Notes: generated by a model from the sequence alone, not told the origin. DNA of 64,000 nucleotides from an uncultured Verrucomicrobiota bacterium (GCA_964401575.1 CAYNZC010000003.1:200-64199), one strand, 5' to 3'; numbered from the stretch's first letter, positions 36,720-46,767 are shown. Made by a program: numbers and translations.

Positions 36720-37585
36720 CTGTTCTGGAAGCGATCCGGCGCAGCGCCGAGTTTCTCGAAAAGAAAGGCGTCGAATCCGCGCGCCTCAACGCGGAGCTGT
36801 TGCTGGCAGACGTGCTGAAAATGCCCCGGATGCGCCTCTACCTCGCTTTCGAGCGCATGCTGACGGACCACGAAATCGAGGTTCTGCGCAAGCGAGTCGT
36901 CCGCCGGGGCCGCAGAGAGCCGCTCCAGCGAATTGTCGGCACAACCTCTTTTTGCGGTCACGAGATGCTGATGGATGGGAATGCGCTGATCCCGCGCCCC
37001 GAGACGGAGGCGCTTGCCGAGACGGCTTTCGAATTCCTCGCCGCGCGGCAATGCACCGAGGGGCCGCCCTCTGTGCTCGATATCGGAACCGGCACCGGCT
37101 GCATCGCCATCGCGGTCGCGCTAAAGTTTCCGGATGCGATGGTTACGGGATCGGATATTTCCCCCGCGGCGCTCGAGGTTGCCGCCCGCAACGCCGCGCT
37201 GCACGGCCTGCAGGACCGCCTGCGCCTGGTGCGGAGCGATCTTTTTTCGGGGCTGCCTCCCGGCAGCGCGTTCGATTTGATCGTCTCAAACCCCCCATAC
37301 ATTGCCACCGGTGAAATCCAAACGCTGCAACCCGAGGTGAGAGATCATGAGCCGGCGCTCGCTCTGGACGGCGGACCGGACGGCCTGCAGCTTTACCGGC
37401 GCCTGGCTGTGGAAGCATCCGGTTGGCTGAAGCCCCGCGGCAGGGTGCTGTTCGAGTTTGGCGATGGGCAGGACCTTGCGCTCCAGAAAATTTTTTCGAG
37501 CCAGAACTGGATTGTAGAACCCCCGCGCGCGGACTACACTGGCCGCTTAAGAATCATTGCGGCGCATCGTCACGCGCCGGATTGA
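36716..37585 (+). CDS. prmC: Release factor glutamine N5-methyltransferase
   Basis: VLDIGTGTGCIAI (SAM motif I) and LIVSNPPYI (NPPY). HemK N-terminal helical domain. The GTG start overlaps the upstream stop. Confidence 0.9.
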   Translation: MTVLEAIRRSAEFLEKKGVESARLNAELLLADVLKMPRMRLYLAFERMLTDHEIEVLRKRVVRRGRREPLQRIVGTTSFCGHEMLMDGNALIPRPETEALAETAFEFLAARQCTEGPPSVLDIGTGTGCIAIAVALKFPDAMVTGSDISPAALEVAARNAALHGLQDRLRLVRSDLFSGLPPGSAFDLIVSNPPYIATGEIQTLQPEVRDHEPALALDGGPDGLQLYRRLAVEASGWLKPRGRVLFEFGDGQDLALQKIFSSQNWIVEPPRADYTGRLRIIAAHRHAPD

Positions 37586-37610
37586 TAACAATTTCAATAT
37601 CGAAGCATAA

Positions 37611-38873
37611 ATGGACAGTTTCTTAATCAAAGGCGGCACTCCCCTCCAGGGAGAGGTAACCATCAGCGGGGCAAAGAATGCAGTGCTTCCGATCCTCGCG
37701 GCGACTCTGCTGACCCGCGAGCCTTGCCTTGTCCGCCGCGTGCCCCGGCTCAGCGACGTGACCTTTATGTGCCAGATTTTGACCTGGCTCGGAGCCGAGG
37801 TGCGCGTTGAGGGCGATGCAATTCGCGTGCATGCCGAGAAAATCAAATCCTGCGGCGATTACGAACTGGTGCGCAAAATGCGCGGCTCGATCTGCATCAT
37901 GGGGCCGCTTCTTGGCCGCTTAAAGAAGGCCACCGTTTCGCTCCCGGGCGGCTGCCTGATTGGCGCCCGCCCGATCAATCTTCATTTGAAAGGTCTTGCG
38001 GCCCTTGGCGCCAAAGTCACGATCGAGGCCGGTTACGTCAAAGTTCAGGCCAAGCGCCTGACGGGCTCCGCGATGTTCCTGGGCGGCCGCGCCGGCTCAA
38101 CGGTGCTTGGCACTGCGAACGTAATGATGGCCGCCGTCCTGGCGGAAGGTGTCACCGTCATCGAGAGCGCTGCGTGCGAGCCGGAGGTAGTGGACCTGGC
38201 CCAGTTTCTCATTTCCATGGGCGCAAAGATTTCGGGCGCCGGCAGCCCCACGATCACCATCACCGGCGTCAAAGAGCTGCATGGAGCCGAGCACGAAGTC
38301 ATCCCGGACCGGATCGAAGCGTCCACCTTTGCTATTGCCGCGGCGGCGACCAATGGGGATGTGACTCTCAAGGGCGCCAGGGCCGACCACATGCATGCCG
38401 TCCTGGACAAGCTCAACGAGGCCGGCGTGCGAATTGACAGGACGGGGCCGGACATCCGGATCCGTCGCAAAGGGCGCCTGCAGCCGGTGAACATCACCAC
38501 CCTGCCCTATTCCGGATTCCCAACAGACGCGCAGGCCCAAATGACGGTTCTAATGGCGGTTACGCCCGGGATCAGCATCATCACCGAGCGCATTTTCGAG
38601 TCACGCTTCATGCATGTGAGCGAACTGGCGCGACTGGGCGCCGACATCGAGATTGAGGGACCGAGCGCCATCGTGAAGGGTGGCCAACCCCTGAGCGGCG
38701 CGCCGATCATGGCCAGTGACTTGAGGGCCTCAGCGGCGCTTGTTATTGCAGGCCTGGCCGCCAGGGGTACCACTCGCATAAAGCGTGTGTATCATATTGA
38801 TCGCGGTTACGAAAACATTGACATTAAGCTGCGCCAACTCGGCGCTCGCGTGGAAAGGGTGGAGGAAACATGA
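37611..38873 (+). CDS. murA: UDP-N-acetylglucosamine 1-carboxyvinyltransferase
   Basis: MDSFLIKGGTPLQGEVTISGAKNAVLPILAATLL. Active-site loop LPGGCLIGARPINLHL. Full-length EPSP-synthase fold. Confidence 0.95.
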   Translation: MDSFLIKGGTPLQGEVTISGAKNAVLPILAATLLTREPCLVRRVPRLSDVTFMCQILTWLGAEVRVEGDAIRVHAEKIKSCGDYELVRKMRGSICIMGPLLGRLKKATVSLPGGCLIGARPINLHLKGLAALGAKVTIEAGYVKVQAKRLTGSAMFLGGRAGSTVLGTANVMMAAVLAEGVTVIESAACEPEVVDLAQFLISMGAKISGAGSPTITITGVKELHGAEHEVIPDRIEASTFAIAAAATNGDVTLKGARADHMHAVLDKLNEAGVRIDRTGPDIRIRRKGRLQPVNITTLPYSGFPTDAQAQMTVLMAVTPGISIITERIFESRFMHVSELARLGADIEIEGPSAIVKGGQPLSGAPIMASDLRASAALVIAGLAARGTTRIKRVYHIDRGYENIDIKLRQLGARVERVEET

Positions 38874-39271
38874 CGACGAAAGTTATTACCGCCTTCATCA
38901 TTGTCCTGGTCCTCTTTGGCGGGTGGAATCTTTTCCTGTACTGGGACAAGGTGAAAAACGAGGAATCCGAAGCCAGGAAACAAGCGGCAGCACAAGCAGC
39001 CGCCTATCTGCCAGGCATGCCCCAGGGCCTTGAAGAAAGTTTCGCGAAGGCGAAAGCGGCCGGCGCGCAAACTCTCCAGGAGTGGCTGAGGCTCTACGGC
39101 CCGAGCATCAATGACCCGCGAAAGGCCGCCATTGAACTGGACTACGCCATGCTCCTCTCCCGGGAAAATCCTGCCGAAGCGCGCCGGGTATTCGCCGCGG
39201 TTAAAGCCCGCACACGGGAAACTTCACCTGTTTACAAGCGGATCAAGGAACTCGAAAAAACCTACGAGTGA
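38870..39271 (+). CDS. Single-pass membrane-anchored hypothetical protein
   Basis: ATGA overlap with the murA stop. N-terminal TM segment VITAFIIVLVLFGGWNLFLYW, then a helical soluble part. Confidence 0.55.
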   Translation: MTTKVITAFIIVLVLFGGWNLFLYWDKVKNEESEARKQAAAQAAAYLPGMPQGLEESFAKAKAAGAQTLQEWLRLYGPSINDPRKAAIELDYAMLLSRENPAEARRVFAAVKARTRETSPVYKRIKELEKTYE

Positions 39272-39342
39272 CGCATTTCTCTGTTGGCGCTTCGACGCAA
39301 ACCCGTTACCCTTGCACCGAAGCAACAAAGAAAGGCCGCTAT

Positions 39343-39861
39343 ATGGACTTGATATTCAATTGCCCAAAATGCGATCAGGAGCTCGTCGTGGACAGCACGG
39401 GAGCCGGCAGCGAGATAGAGTGCCCCAACTGCCGGGAGACCATTGTCATACCGGAGCCCAAGCCGAGTATGCTCCCGACAGCCGGCGATACCCCTCCCGG
39501 CATGCCGCGCATTGAACCCCATGGCGCGAATCCCATCGCCAGCTCTGCGGCGGCCAAGGTGCAGATGCACCTCAAGGTGCCCGTCCACTCCAGCCCGACT
39601 GAATCCCTCATCTCGAAACCCCTGGCTCCTCTCGAGGTCGCGGCCAAGGAGACGGACAAAAAGATGCGGGTAAAGACAATCAAGCACACGGACTGCATCG
39701 AAGTCGGCCATGACAAGTTTGATGAGGTGCTCTCGAACTTCCTGGCCAAGGTCGGCGAGAGCAACGTGATCAGCATTACCCCGCTCTCTTACACCCATCT
39801 GGACATTGGCTCACAAAAACTAATGACTGATTTCGGCGTGATGGTCGTGTACAGGGGCTGA
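39343..39861 (+). CDS. Zinc-ribbon (CPxC...CPxC) N-terminal domain protein
   Basis: MDLIFNCPKCDQELVVDSTGAGSEIECPNCRETIVIPEP. ATG 39343 is preferred over the listed upstream start. Confidence 0.6.
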   Translation: MDLIFNCPKCDQELVVDSTGAGSEIECPNCRETIVIPEPKPSMLPTAGDTPPGMPRIEPHGANPIASSAAAKVQMHLKVPVHSSPTESLISKPLAPLEVAAKETDKKMRVKTIKHTDCIEVGHDKFDEVLSNFLAKVGESNVISITPLSYTHLDIGSQKLMTDFGVMVVYRG

Positions 39862-39909
39862 GAAGCCCCCTTGATGGAGTCGTCGTGGCGCGGTCCTGCG
39901 GCGCCGATC

Positions 39910-39953
39910 AAAAAAGTGCGGTATCGCCGGCGTTGCCGCCCACGATACCGCGC
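39910..39953 (-). terminator. Rho-independent terminator candidate for the giant minus-strand gene array
   Basis: 9-bp stem gcggtatcg (39918-39926) / cgataccgc (39943-39951). On the minus strand it is followed by TTTTTT (complement of 39910-39915). It lies about 60 nt after the stop at 40013. Confidence 0.5.
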
Positions 39954-40012
39954 GTCCTAATCAAATTCTTCCCGCAGGACCCGGCCGGAACAGAAGGCCG
40001 CGGGCCCGCTTT

Positions 40013-43000
40013 TCAACGCACCCTGTAGAACCTGCTCTGCTTGGTGGCAGGCTCCGGATCCGTCACCTTCAACTCGCCTGAGGAGGGAATGGTGTTAGTC
40101 GCCATCGGGGTCCAGGACTGGAGGTCGGAAGACCATTCCACGACGCATTCCGTTCCCTGCTGTCCGGAAACCAAAAGCTTGCAAACGCCCTGCTCGACTG
40201 TCGCGGCCAGGGTTGGCGGCACGCTGACCGTGACGGTCAGCGGCGCTGTCGCCTGGTTGTTGGCCAACTCGAACTCGGTCGCCCACGATGTCACCAACGA
40301 GGAGGATGTGAATTGTCCCGGCGCGGGCATTGTGAACTCGACATCGCAAACTGCCATTGCGGCGTTGGCAAGCGAACCGACCTCCCAAAGCGCGGTGCTG
40401 GTATTCACGCTGCCGATCGATGCCGTGGCGCGAACAAACTGCGCGCCCTGCGGCAGACTGTTCGTCACGAAGATGTAATCCGCGGCGCCGGGACCGTGGT
40501 TCATGATCACAATGCGGTTTGTGAAGGTAGCGCCTGTGCCTGCGACCGCGGGAGAGGCGGACAACGTCAGCGCCAGGTCCGCAAGCGGGTTCACCATGTC
40601 CAGCAATTCGAGACTCAAGTTCCACCCGCCTGCGATCATACCAGAATCGCCCGGGGTTTCATCATACACATAAAGCGACCATGTGCCGTTGGCCGGGCAT
40701 CCCAGCAGCTTCGACAAGGTTGCGTTGTAGGGCGTCCCGGGAGCCGGTGACGGCAAGGATGTCACTTCGCCGAAGCTGGTCGGGCTCCATGTACCACTGG
40801 CAATGTGCGCGTCCTCGGGGAGACCGGCGGCGTTGTCCGCAAAAGTAAGGTTCACGTTGGTCAGGGCCCGTTCCCCGCCGGCGCCGGACATGAGCAGGAC
40901 GGATGTTCCGTTCGGGGCGACCAGCAGGACATTGAGGTCGCGGGGGAAGGAGTGCGTGATTCCATTAAGCGAAACCGTTGCCCTATTCACATAGCCTCGC
41001 GCATTCGTCACTTCGATAATCGACGGGTACGGCATGGATGGGCCATTCTCCGGGATCTGCAGCGCAGAGGCATTGGCAAATGTGGCGGAGCTGGGAATCG
41101 CGAATTCGAGCGGCCACACACTCTGAATCTCGTTCCCGTTCCAAATGGTAAGTTTGCCCTGGACAAGCTCGCCCGGCGCGCCCGATGCCGTGAACACAAA
41201 CGACCTGGGCTCGCTCACGCGGCCAATATGAATGCCGTGGTAAAACTGGTGCAGTTGATTTGTTCCCCCCTCGAGCGTCATTCCCTGCACCGGCTCCAGC
41301 ACAGCCGTCACCCAACCGGCGCCAAGCGTCCCGGCATTTGTCAGCGCGATCATCAGAGTAACCGTCTCGCCATTGTCAACCGTGCCGTTTGCGCTAATGC
41401 TCTCGTTCAAAAGGCGCATGGCATAAATGCGCAAATCGGGCGCTGCGGCCTCGACCATCAACTCGACAGAGCTCGAATTGTTGGTCAGATGGGCATCCTG
41501 AGACAGCGTGGAAACCGAAGCCACATTCGTCGCGGCTCCGACACTGGCCGCCTGGAATGTCACGGTAACGCCCGCCTCGTCGCCCGAGGCGAGGTCGCCC
41601 AGTTGGCACACCGCCACGTTACCATAGAGAGCCGCGGAACCGCGCGTGCTCGAGGCAGAAACAAAGGTCATTCCGGCAGGAACCGGGTTGGACACCACCG
41701 TGCCGAGCGATGTCGCCGGCCCGTTGTTCACCACGTTCAGAGTCAGAGCAATGGACTGCCCCTCCAGCACGGTGGAAGGAGCGGCAGCATGTGCGATCGC
41801 CACATCCGCCGCCGGCAGATTCACCGGGACGGAAATGCTCGTGGTGTTCTGAACAAGGTTCAGATCCGTTTCGTTCGCAGCGACGCCCGCAGTGCACACG
41901 ATATTACCCGCCGTTGCGCCGGGCCGGACCACGAGGGTCACCGTAGCTGTGCTCCCGGCGGGAATGGAGCCAAGATCTGCCACCATGTTACCGCCGAGCA
42001 CGGCGACGCTCCCCTGGCTGCATGCAGCCGATACAAAGGCTGCCGGGATCGTATTCGTGAGCATGACCGCATTGGCGGTATCGGGTCCGGCGTTTGTGAC
42101 CGTGAATGAGCAGGTCAGAGTTTCACCAGCGATCACGGGCGATGGAGAGGCAATGCCGGCAATGGTCAGATCGGCCACCTGGTTCACGGGAGTAATCGTA
42201 ACGACCTTGAGCGACCAACCCTGTTGAATCACGCCAAAATCGCCGCTGTTCTCATCCGCGACGAATAGCGACCATGTGCCGTTCGGGTTGCGATTGTTGA
42301 ACGTGGATAGAGTCGGATCGTAAGACGGCGGAGCTGGAGCCGGCATGACCACCCCGGAATCATTGGCGCTCGGTTTCCACAAACCGGACGCAAGCTGGGT
42401 CATCGTGGTCAACGCGGACGGAGCGGAATCGTCAAAGGTGAGCGTCACCGGCGCGGGGCTCTTCTTGCCGACGCGCGACATGATCATGGATGCGTTGCCC
42501 AGCGGGCCGCCCACCATCATGTTCACATCTTTCGGGAACGTATGAGTGAAATTGGAAACGGTCACCGCGACCTTGCCGACAATGCCATCCACACCGGTTA
42601 CATGGATCGTGGAGGGATAGGGTGTGGCGATGCTGTTGTCATTGATGGAAATCTGATTTGTATTGGAGAACTCGTGCACATTCGGCAGCGTGAAGGTGAA
42701 CGTTGCCAAGTTCGTGGATGAACCGTCGCGCAACTCGAGCGTCGCCACCGCAGTGCCACCGTTCGCGCCGCTGGCGACAAACTTGAATGCCTTTCCGACA
42801 GGCCACCCGCTCGGAGCCAGCACGCCGTAATGCTGTTCGGTCGGTCCAACAGGAGTGATGCCGCCCGAACTCTGAAGTGTGGCGACAAGGTCCGTTGTGG
42901 GAATGTTGCCAACGTTTCTGAGCCGGAGCACCACGTCATTGGTCTCGCCGGCATCAAAGGCTCCGTTAGGAATTCCCTCCAGGATCAGAGTCGCGCCGGC

Positions 43001-46000
43001 GGCCACCACCTCTGCAAAGGGTTCGGCCACGGTCGTGCTCACATTGGCAACATTGTTCGCCGTGTTGAGGTCCGTCTCCGCCCCGGCCACGCTGGCCGAC
43101 CCGGAGATAACACCCGCCTGTGATTCCATCGTGAGCACTACCATTTCAACCGCGCCCTTGCTCATCTCCCCGATGACGCAGGAAGCTCCGTCGGCCGAAA
43201 GGGTCACCGTCCCGCGTGAACTCCAGTTTGAGACGATATTGAGCCCTGCCGGGTGGCCGATGGTCAGGATCACCCCGCTGGCGTCGCTGAGGCCCCGATT
43301 CGTCACGGTCGCCGTCCATGTGAACCTTGTGTTTTCAAGGACTGGATCCGGCATATCCACGATGCCGACCGCCAGGTCCGCCGAGGGACCCACCGCAATG
43401 AGAGCGGCGGCGGCATTGTTGCCGGAAATTGGATCAAAATAGTTCGCGACAGCGCGGGAGGACACGGAGAGCTGCCCCGCGCTGGTGGCTGTGAGGTGCA
43501 GAACCGCGCTGGCGCGGGCGCTTGAGGACAATCCGCCGAATGCACAAACCACAATGTTCGATCCGGAGGTGGAAATGGAGCCCTGTGAGATCGAGGAGGA
43601 ACTCAAAGAAAGGCCCTGCGGCAGCATGTTCGTCACAAAAATCGCCGATGCGGAGCTGGGTCCTTTGTTCGTCACGGACAACGTTAATGCCACCGTCTCA
43701 CCCACAACCACGCTCGAAGGCACCGCATTCAAACCGATCGCAATGTCCGCCGTGGGCGGGTTGACCTGGGTTTCCACGGTCACGGTGTTATCGCTCTGAT
43801 TGAAATCCAATTGTTCCGAAGAAACTGATATCGCGGAAGTCGCAATGCCCTCGATCAATGGGGTCACTCGAACCACCACCGAGGCATGACTCAGCGCACC
43901 CATCGCGCCGAGGTTGCATGTCACCACGCCACCGGCGCTCGAACCAGCCCCCTGCGAGCACTGGACTGAGTTCACGGTAACACTCGCCGGCAAAACCTGG
44001 CTAAGGATGACAGACTTGGCAGTGCTCGGTCCCTGATTTGTTATATGGATGGTGTACGTAAGGCTTTGACCAAGGATCACCGGATTCGGCGCGGCTGAAA
44101 CGGTTGCTGCCAGGTCGGAGCCCGGACACTCGCCATTGCCATCCTGGCATTCCGGCACGGTAAAGTGCAGCGACCAACACCGGAGCGTGCCGAAATCACT
44201 CAGCGTCGAGTCCGAAACGCGCAACGTCCATGTACCATTCAGATCCGTTCCCGAGAGACCATTGAACATCGCCAGAGGCTCGTCCGGCGAGAACAGGCCC
44301 AGGAAGGGCGCGTTTGCCGAACCGATGGAATCCACGGCATCGTCGTCGAAGATAGTGCGTCCCTGGCAGCTCAGCCCATAGTTATCTCCGCTCGAGCCGT
44401 GCGCTTGCGAGAGGGTGTTGGTAATTCCGTTCGGAGAGATCAGTTGCAGGGTCAGGTCGCCCACCCACGTGTGCGCGATGTGCAGGGAGACCGCCAGTTT
44501 TTGAATGGCGCCCGAGAGATTGCTTACCGTGATTGTCGAGTCCATGCCACCGGGAAATCCGTCCGGGATCGGCATGACCACGTTGTTTGAGAACACCTGC
44601 GGAGCTGTTGGCATCCCGGTCGGCAGTTGGAACTGCGTCGCACCCGCTCCCTGGTCGCTCTGGAAAGAGAGGGTGAAGTCAATCGGAGTGCCGCAGATAA
44701 ACCACGGCGCTGTGCTCACCTGAAATGGGGTAAGATTGACGTTGGTTTCGCCTCCCTGCAGATCCTGGTAATTGGAATTCCGCTGGGCAATAATAACGCC
44801 GGGGGTCGAACTGGAAAGGCGCGTCTTGATCCCGGTCACGGCAAGACCCGAGCTGTTGTAAAGCTCCACTGTGAGCTGGTTGCATTCGTTCGGATCTATA
44901 ACACCGTTGCCGTTTCCGCCGCCTACGCTGACCAAACCGGTCCTGAGCGACATGCCAAAACCAAGTTGCACGGTCATATCTGTCCCGCTGACGCTGATTT
45001 CGGACATGATCAAGCCGGACCGGGAACCATCCCACCACCGGGCGCTGGGCTGTGAATCGTCCGTGAACTCGCCCGGATAACCCGAAGCGGGGTTGCCCTC
45101 AAACCAAAGATCCGCCAGGTCACCGTCATTACGATTGTTCTGAAAATCCCAGCGGTTGTCGGCCTGCATCAGAGTAACCTCATAATTCGCGTGAGAGGTG
45201 TTGTAAGCCAGCGACTGGTTATCCCTATCGCCAAGTTCATCACAATGCCAGACGGCGATTCCGGAGGAAGGCAGAATGGCATCCCGGCCTGTCGCCTGCC
45301 GATTCTCGATCAGGTAATACTCCGTTGGCACACCCGGTTTTTGAAATCTGTAAAAGTGGTTGAAATTGGTCCCTGCCGAACTCAGCGTCGCCTTCATCGT
45401 AGTGGCCGTTGTCACCTCCGTGACAGTCGCCCAACCCGATGCTCTCTTGAGGTAAGCGCAAATCTGCGATGGATTCTGCCCGAAACCGCCGCTGTTCATG
45501 AGGCAGAACACGCCGGCGCCGCCGGTCGAGTCATACTCGTAATCGTAAATATCCGGGTAGCCGCAAAGCATGTGCCCGTTCTCGTGGCAGAAGGTGGCGA
45601 TACTCAACTGGTTCCCGATGTTGGTGAGCTGGTAAAACCACAGTTTCTTGCCGCCAGGGGAAAGCTCCTGCTCGCCAACTTCAGCCAGCACCCATGAATG
45701 CGGCCAAAGACCCGCCGCCCAGACGCCCCCGTCATCCCCAGCGTAATATACGTTGAATGCCAACACCCGGTTCTGCGCGTCCGTGGTCAGCGCGTCAAAC
45801 AGGGGCAAAATCTCGGTCTGATAATTCGGAAGCCCCTTCAACACCTCGAGGCAATCCTTGATCAGGAGGTTCCCCTGACTGCCCGCGTCTTTGGTCACAT
45901 CGGCGTAAAAACTCTTGGGCTGTGGCGCCCGCACATAAATGGTTGCCACGTTCGTGTAGGTCAGCAATCCGCCGGAGTTATCGTAAAAATACTCCTTAAC

Positions 46001-46606
46001 GGAACCGTTGTTTCCAAATCCAGTGTAGTTGTCCCCGTTCAGGAAGCTGACAATCTCGGCCTGCGGAATGGTGCCGGCGACATCCGAGAAATCAATGAGC
46101 ATGGTCAACCCGACCTTGAGCCCGACGGTTTCAAAGGGCGGCGGCTCGTATTGGGGACCGTTTGGATCCCGTGGCGTGTAGTGCAGGCGCGCCGTTTGCT
46201 TGAGCGCTTCCCAGCGCGGACGAGTCTGCATCCCCGCTTCCCAAGTCTCATATCTCTCCGCGATCATCGTCTGCCTGGCCGAAACACTCATCCGCACCCC
46301 GGGCTGAAGGTCCGCCGGCGCAGCCTGATGCGCCTGCACGCCTGTTGAAACGAGCCCTCCAGAGTTGGTGTCCTGGCGGGCATAGCAATAAGCTCGAAGC
46401 GCCTTGTCAAAAACCACGGTGTAGCCCTTGGCTTGGCCCTCGGCTTTCTCGAAGCGGGCCGAAAACTCGTCGCCGCTGCCGTGAATGCGAACCACCTCTC
46501 CGCCGGGTTGGGTGAACTCGATCCACCGGTCAAACGGTGCGGCCGATGCCAGGAACGCGAGAATCACAACGCACACGCCCGGAAGGACGCCGCGCAGCAG
46601 CCTCAT
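40013..46606 (-). CDS. Giant secreted protein: M6 (immune inhibitor A-like) metalloprotease domain + 3 proprotein-convertase P-domains + ~6 DUF11 repeats + C-terminal beta-sandwich module
   Basis: Signal peptide MRLLRGVLPGVCVVILAFLASAAP at ATG 46606; the ORF is open from GTG 46705. HExxH (CHENGHML) at 45572-45586. P-domains have the form ...HTWVGDLTLQLISPNG...NGTWTLRVSD..., ...VSNFTHTFPKDVNMMV...NGTWSLFVADE... and ...GITHSFPRDLNVLLVAPNG...NGTWSLYVYDE... DUF11 units have the form LTYTIHITNQGPSTAKSV... The C-terminus is ..VVEWSSDLQSWTPMATN...SRFYRVR. Confidence 0.85.
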   Translation of the reverse strand: MRLLRGVLPGVCVVILAFLASAAPFDRWIEFTQPGGEVVRIHGSGDEFSARFEKAEGQAKGYTVVFDKALRAYCYARQDTNSGGLVSTGVQAHQAAPADLQPGVRMSVSARQTMIAERYETWEAGMQTRPRWEALKQTARLHYTPRDPNGPQYEPPPFETVGLKVGLTMLIDFSDVAGTIPQAEIVSFLNGDNYTGFGNNGSVKEYFYDNSGGLLTYTNVATIYVRAPQPKSFYADVTKDAGSQGNLLIKDCLEVLKGLPNYQTEILPLFDALTTDAQNRVLAFNVYYAGDDGGVWAAGLWPHSWVLAEVGEQELSPGGKKLWFYQLTNIGNQLSIATFCHENGHMLCGYPDIYDYEYDSTGGAGVFCLMNSGGFGQNPSQICAYLKRASGWATVTEVTTATTMKATLSSAGTNFNHFYRFQKPGVPTEYYLIENRQATGRDAILPSSGIAVWHCDELGDRDNQSLAYNTSHANYEVTLMQADNRWDFQNNRNDGDLADLWFEGNPASGYPGEFTDDSQPSARWWDGSRSGLIMSEISVSGTDMTVQLGFGMSLRTGLVSVGGGNGNGVIDPNECNQLTVELYNSSGLAVTGIKTRLSSSTPGVIIAQRNSNYQDLQGGETNVNLTPFQVSTAPWFICGTPIDFTLSFQSDQGAGATQFQLPTGMPTAPQVFSNNVVMPIPDGFPGGMDSTITVSNLSGAIQKLAVSLHIAHTWVGDLTLQLISPNGITNTLSQAHGSSGDNYGLSCQGRTIFDDDAVDSIGSANAPFLGLFSPDEPLAMFNGLSGTDLNGTWTLRVSDSTLSDFGTLRCWSLHFTVPECQDGNGECPGSDLAATVSAAPNPVILGQSLTYTIHITNQGPSTAKSVILSQVLPASVTVNSVQCSQGAGSSAGGVVTCNLGAMGALSHASVVVRVTPLIEGIATSAISVSSEQLDFNQSDNTVTVETQVNPPTADIAIGLNAVPSSVVVGETVALTLSVTNKGPSSASAIFVTNMLPQGLSLSSSSISQGSISTSGSNIVVCAFGGLSSSARASAVLHLTATSAGQLSVSSRAVANYFDPISGNNAAAALIAVGPSADLAVGIVDMPDPVLENTRFTWTATVTNRGLSDASGVILTIGHPAGLNIVSNWSSRGTVTLSADGASCVIGEMSKGAVEMVVLTMESQAGVISGSASVAGAETDLNTANNVANVSTTVAEPFAEVVAAGATLILEGIPNGAFDAGETNDVVLRLRNVGNIPTTDLVATLQSSGGITPVGPTEQHYGVLAPSGWPVGKAFKFVASGANGGTAVATLELRDGSSTNLATFTFTLPNVHEFSNTNQISINDNSIATPYPSTIHVTGVDGIVGKVAVTVSNFTHTFPKDVNMMVGGPLGNASMIMSRVGKKSPAPVTLTFDDSAPSALTTMTQLASGLWKPSANDSGVVMPAPAPPSYDPTLSTFNNRNPNGTWSLFVADENSGDFGVIQQGWSLKVVTITPVNQVADLTIAGIASPSPVIAGETLTCSFTVTNAGPDTANAVMLTNTIPAAFVSAACSQGSVAVLGGNMVADLGSIPAGSTATVTLVVRPGATAGNIVCTAGVAANETDLNLVQNTTSISVPVNLPAADVAIAHAAAPSTVLEGQSIALTLNVVNNGPATSLGTVVSNPVPAGMTFVSASSTRGSAALYGNVAVCQLGDLASGDEAGVTVTFQAASVGAATNVASVSTLSQDAHLTNNSSSVELMVEAAAPDLRIYAMRLLNESISANGTVDNGETVTLMIALTNAGTLGAGWVTAVLEPVQGMTLEGGTNQLHQFYHGIHIGRVSEPRSFVFTASGAPGELVQGKLTIWNGNEIQSVWPLEFAIPSSATFANASALQIPENGPSMPYPSIIEVTNARGYVNRATVSLNGITHSFPRDLNVLLVAPNGTSVLLMSGAGGERALTNVNLTFADNAAGLPEDAHIASGTWSPTSFGEVTSLPSPAPGTPYNATLSKLLGCPANGTWSLYVYDETPGDSGMIAGGWNLSLELLDMVNPLADLALTLSASPAVAGTGATFTNRIVIMNHGPGAADYIFVTNSLPQGAQFVRATASIGSVNTSTALWEVGSLANAAMAVCDVEFTMPAPGQFTSSSLVTSWATEFELANNQATAPLTVTVSVPPTLAATVEQGVCKLLVSGQQGTECVVEWSSDLQSWTPMATNTIPSSGELKVTDPEPATKQSRFYRVR

Positions 46607-46727
46607 GCAATTCACCTGAAAAGTGTTGTGTATCATAGGTGTCTGTTGTTGGGTCGGCGCTTTGGTAACAAGCGCCAGAAAATCCGCTGGTCGAAATTTT
46701 TTCACTTCAAGCTTTGCTCAATCAAAT

Positions 46728-46758
46728 GCCGGTCCCGCCGCTTTTCGGCAGGACCGGC
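46728..46758 (-). other. GC-rich hairpin between the two largest genes (possible attenuator, processing or stability element)
   Basis: gccggtcc-c-gccg-ctttt-cggc-a-ggaccggc (8+4 bp). It lies between the stop at 46768 and the next start. On the minus strand it is followed by only a weakly U-rich sequence (AUUUGAUU). Confidence 0.3.
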
Positions 46759-46767
46759 TGTAATCTC

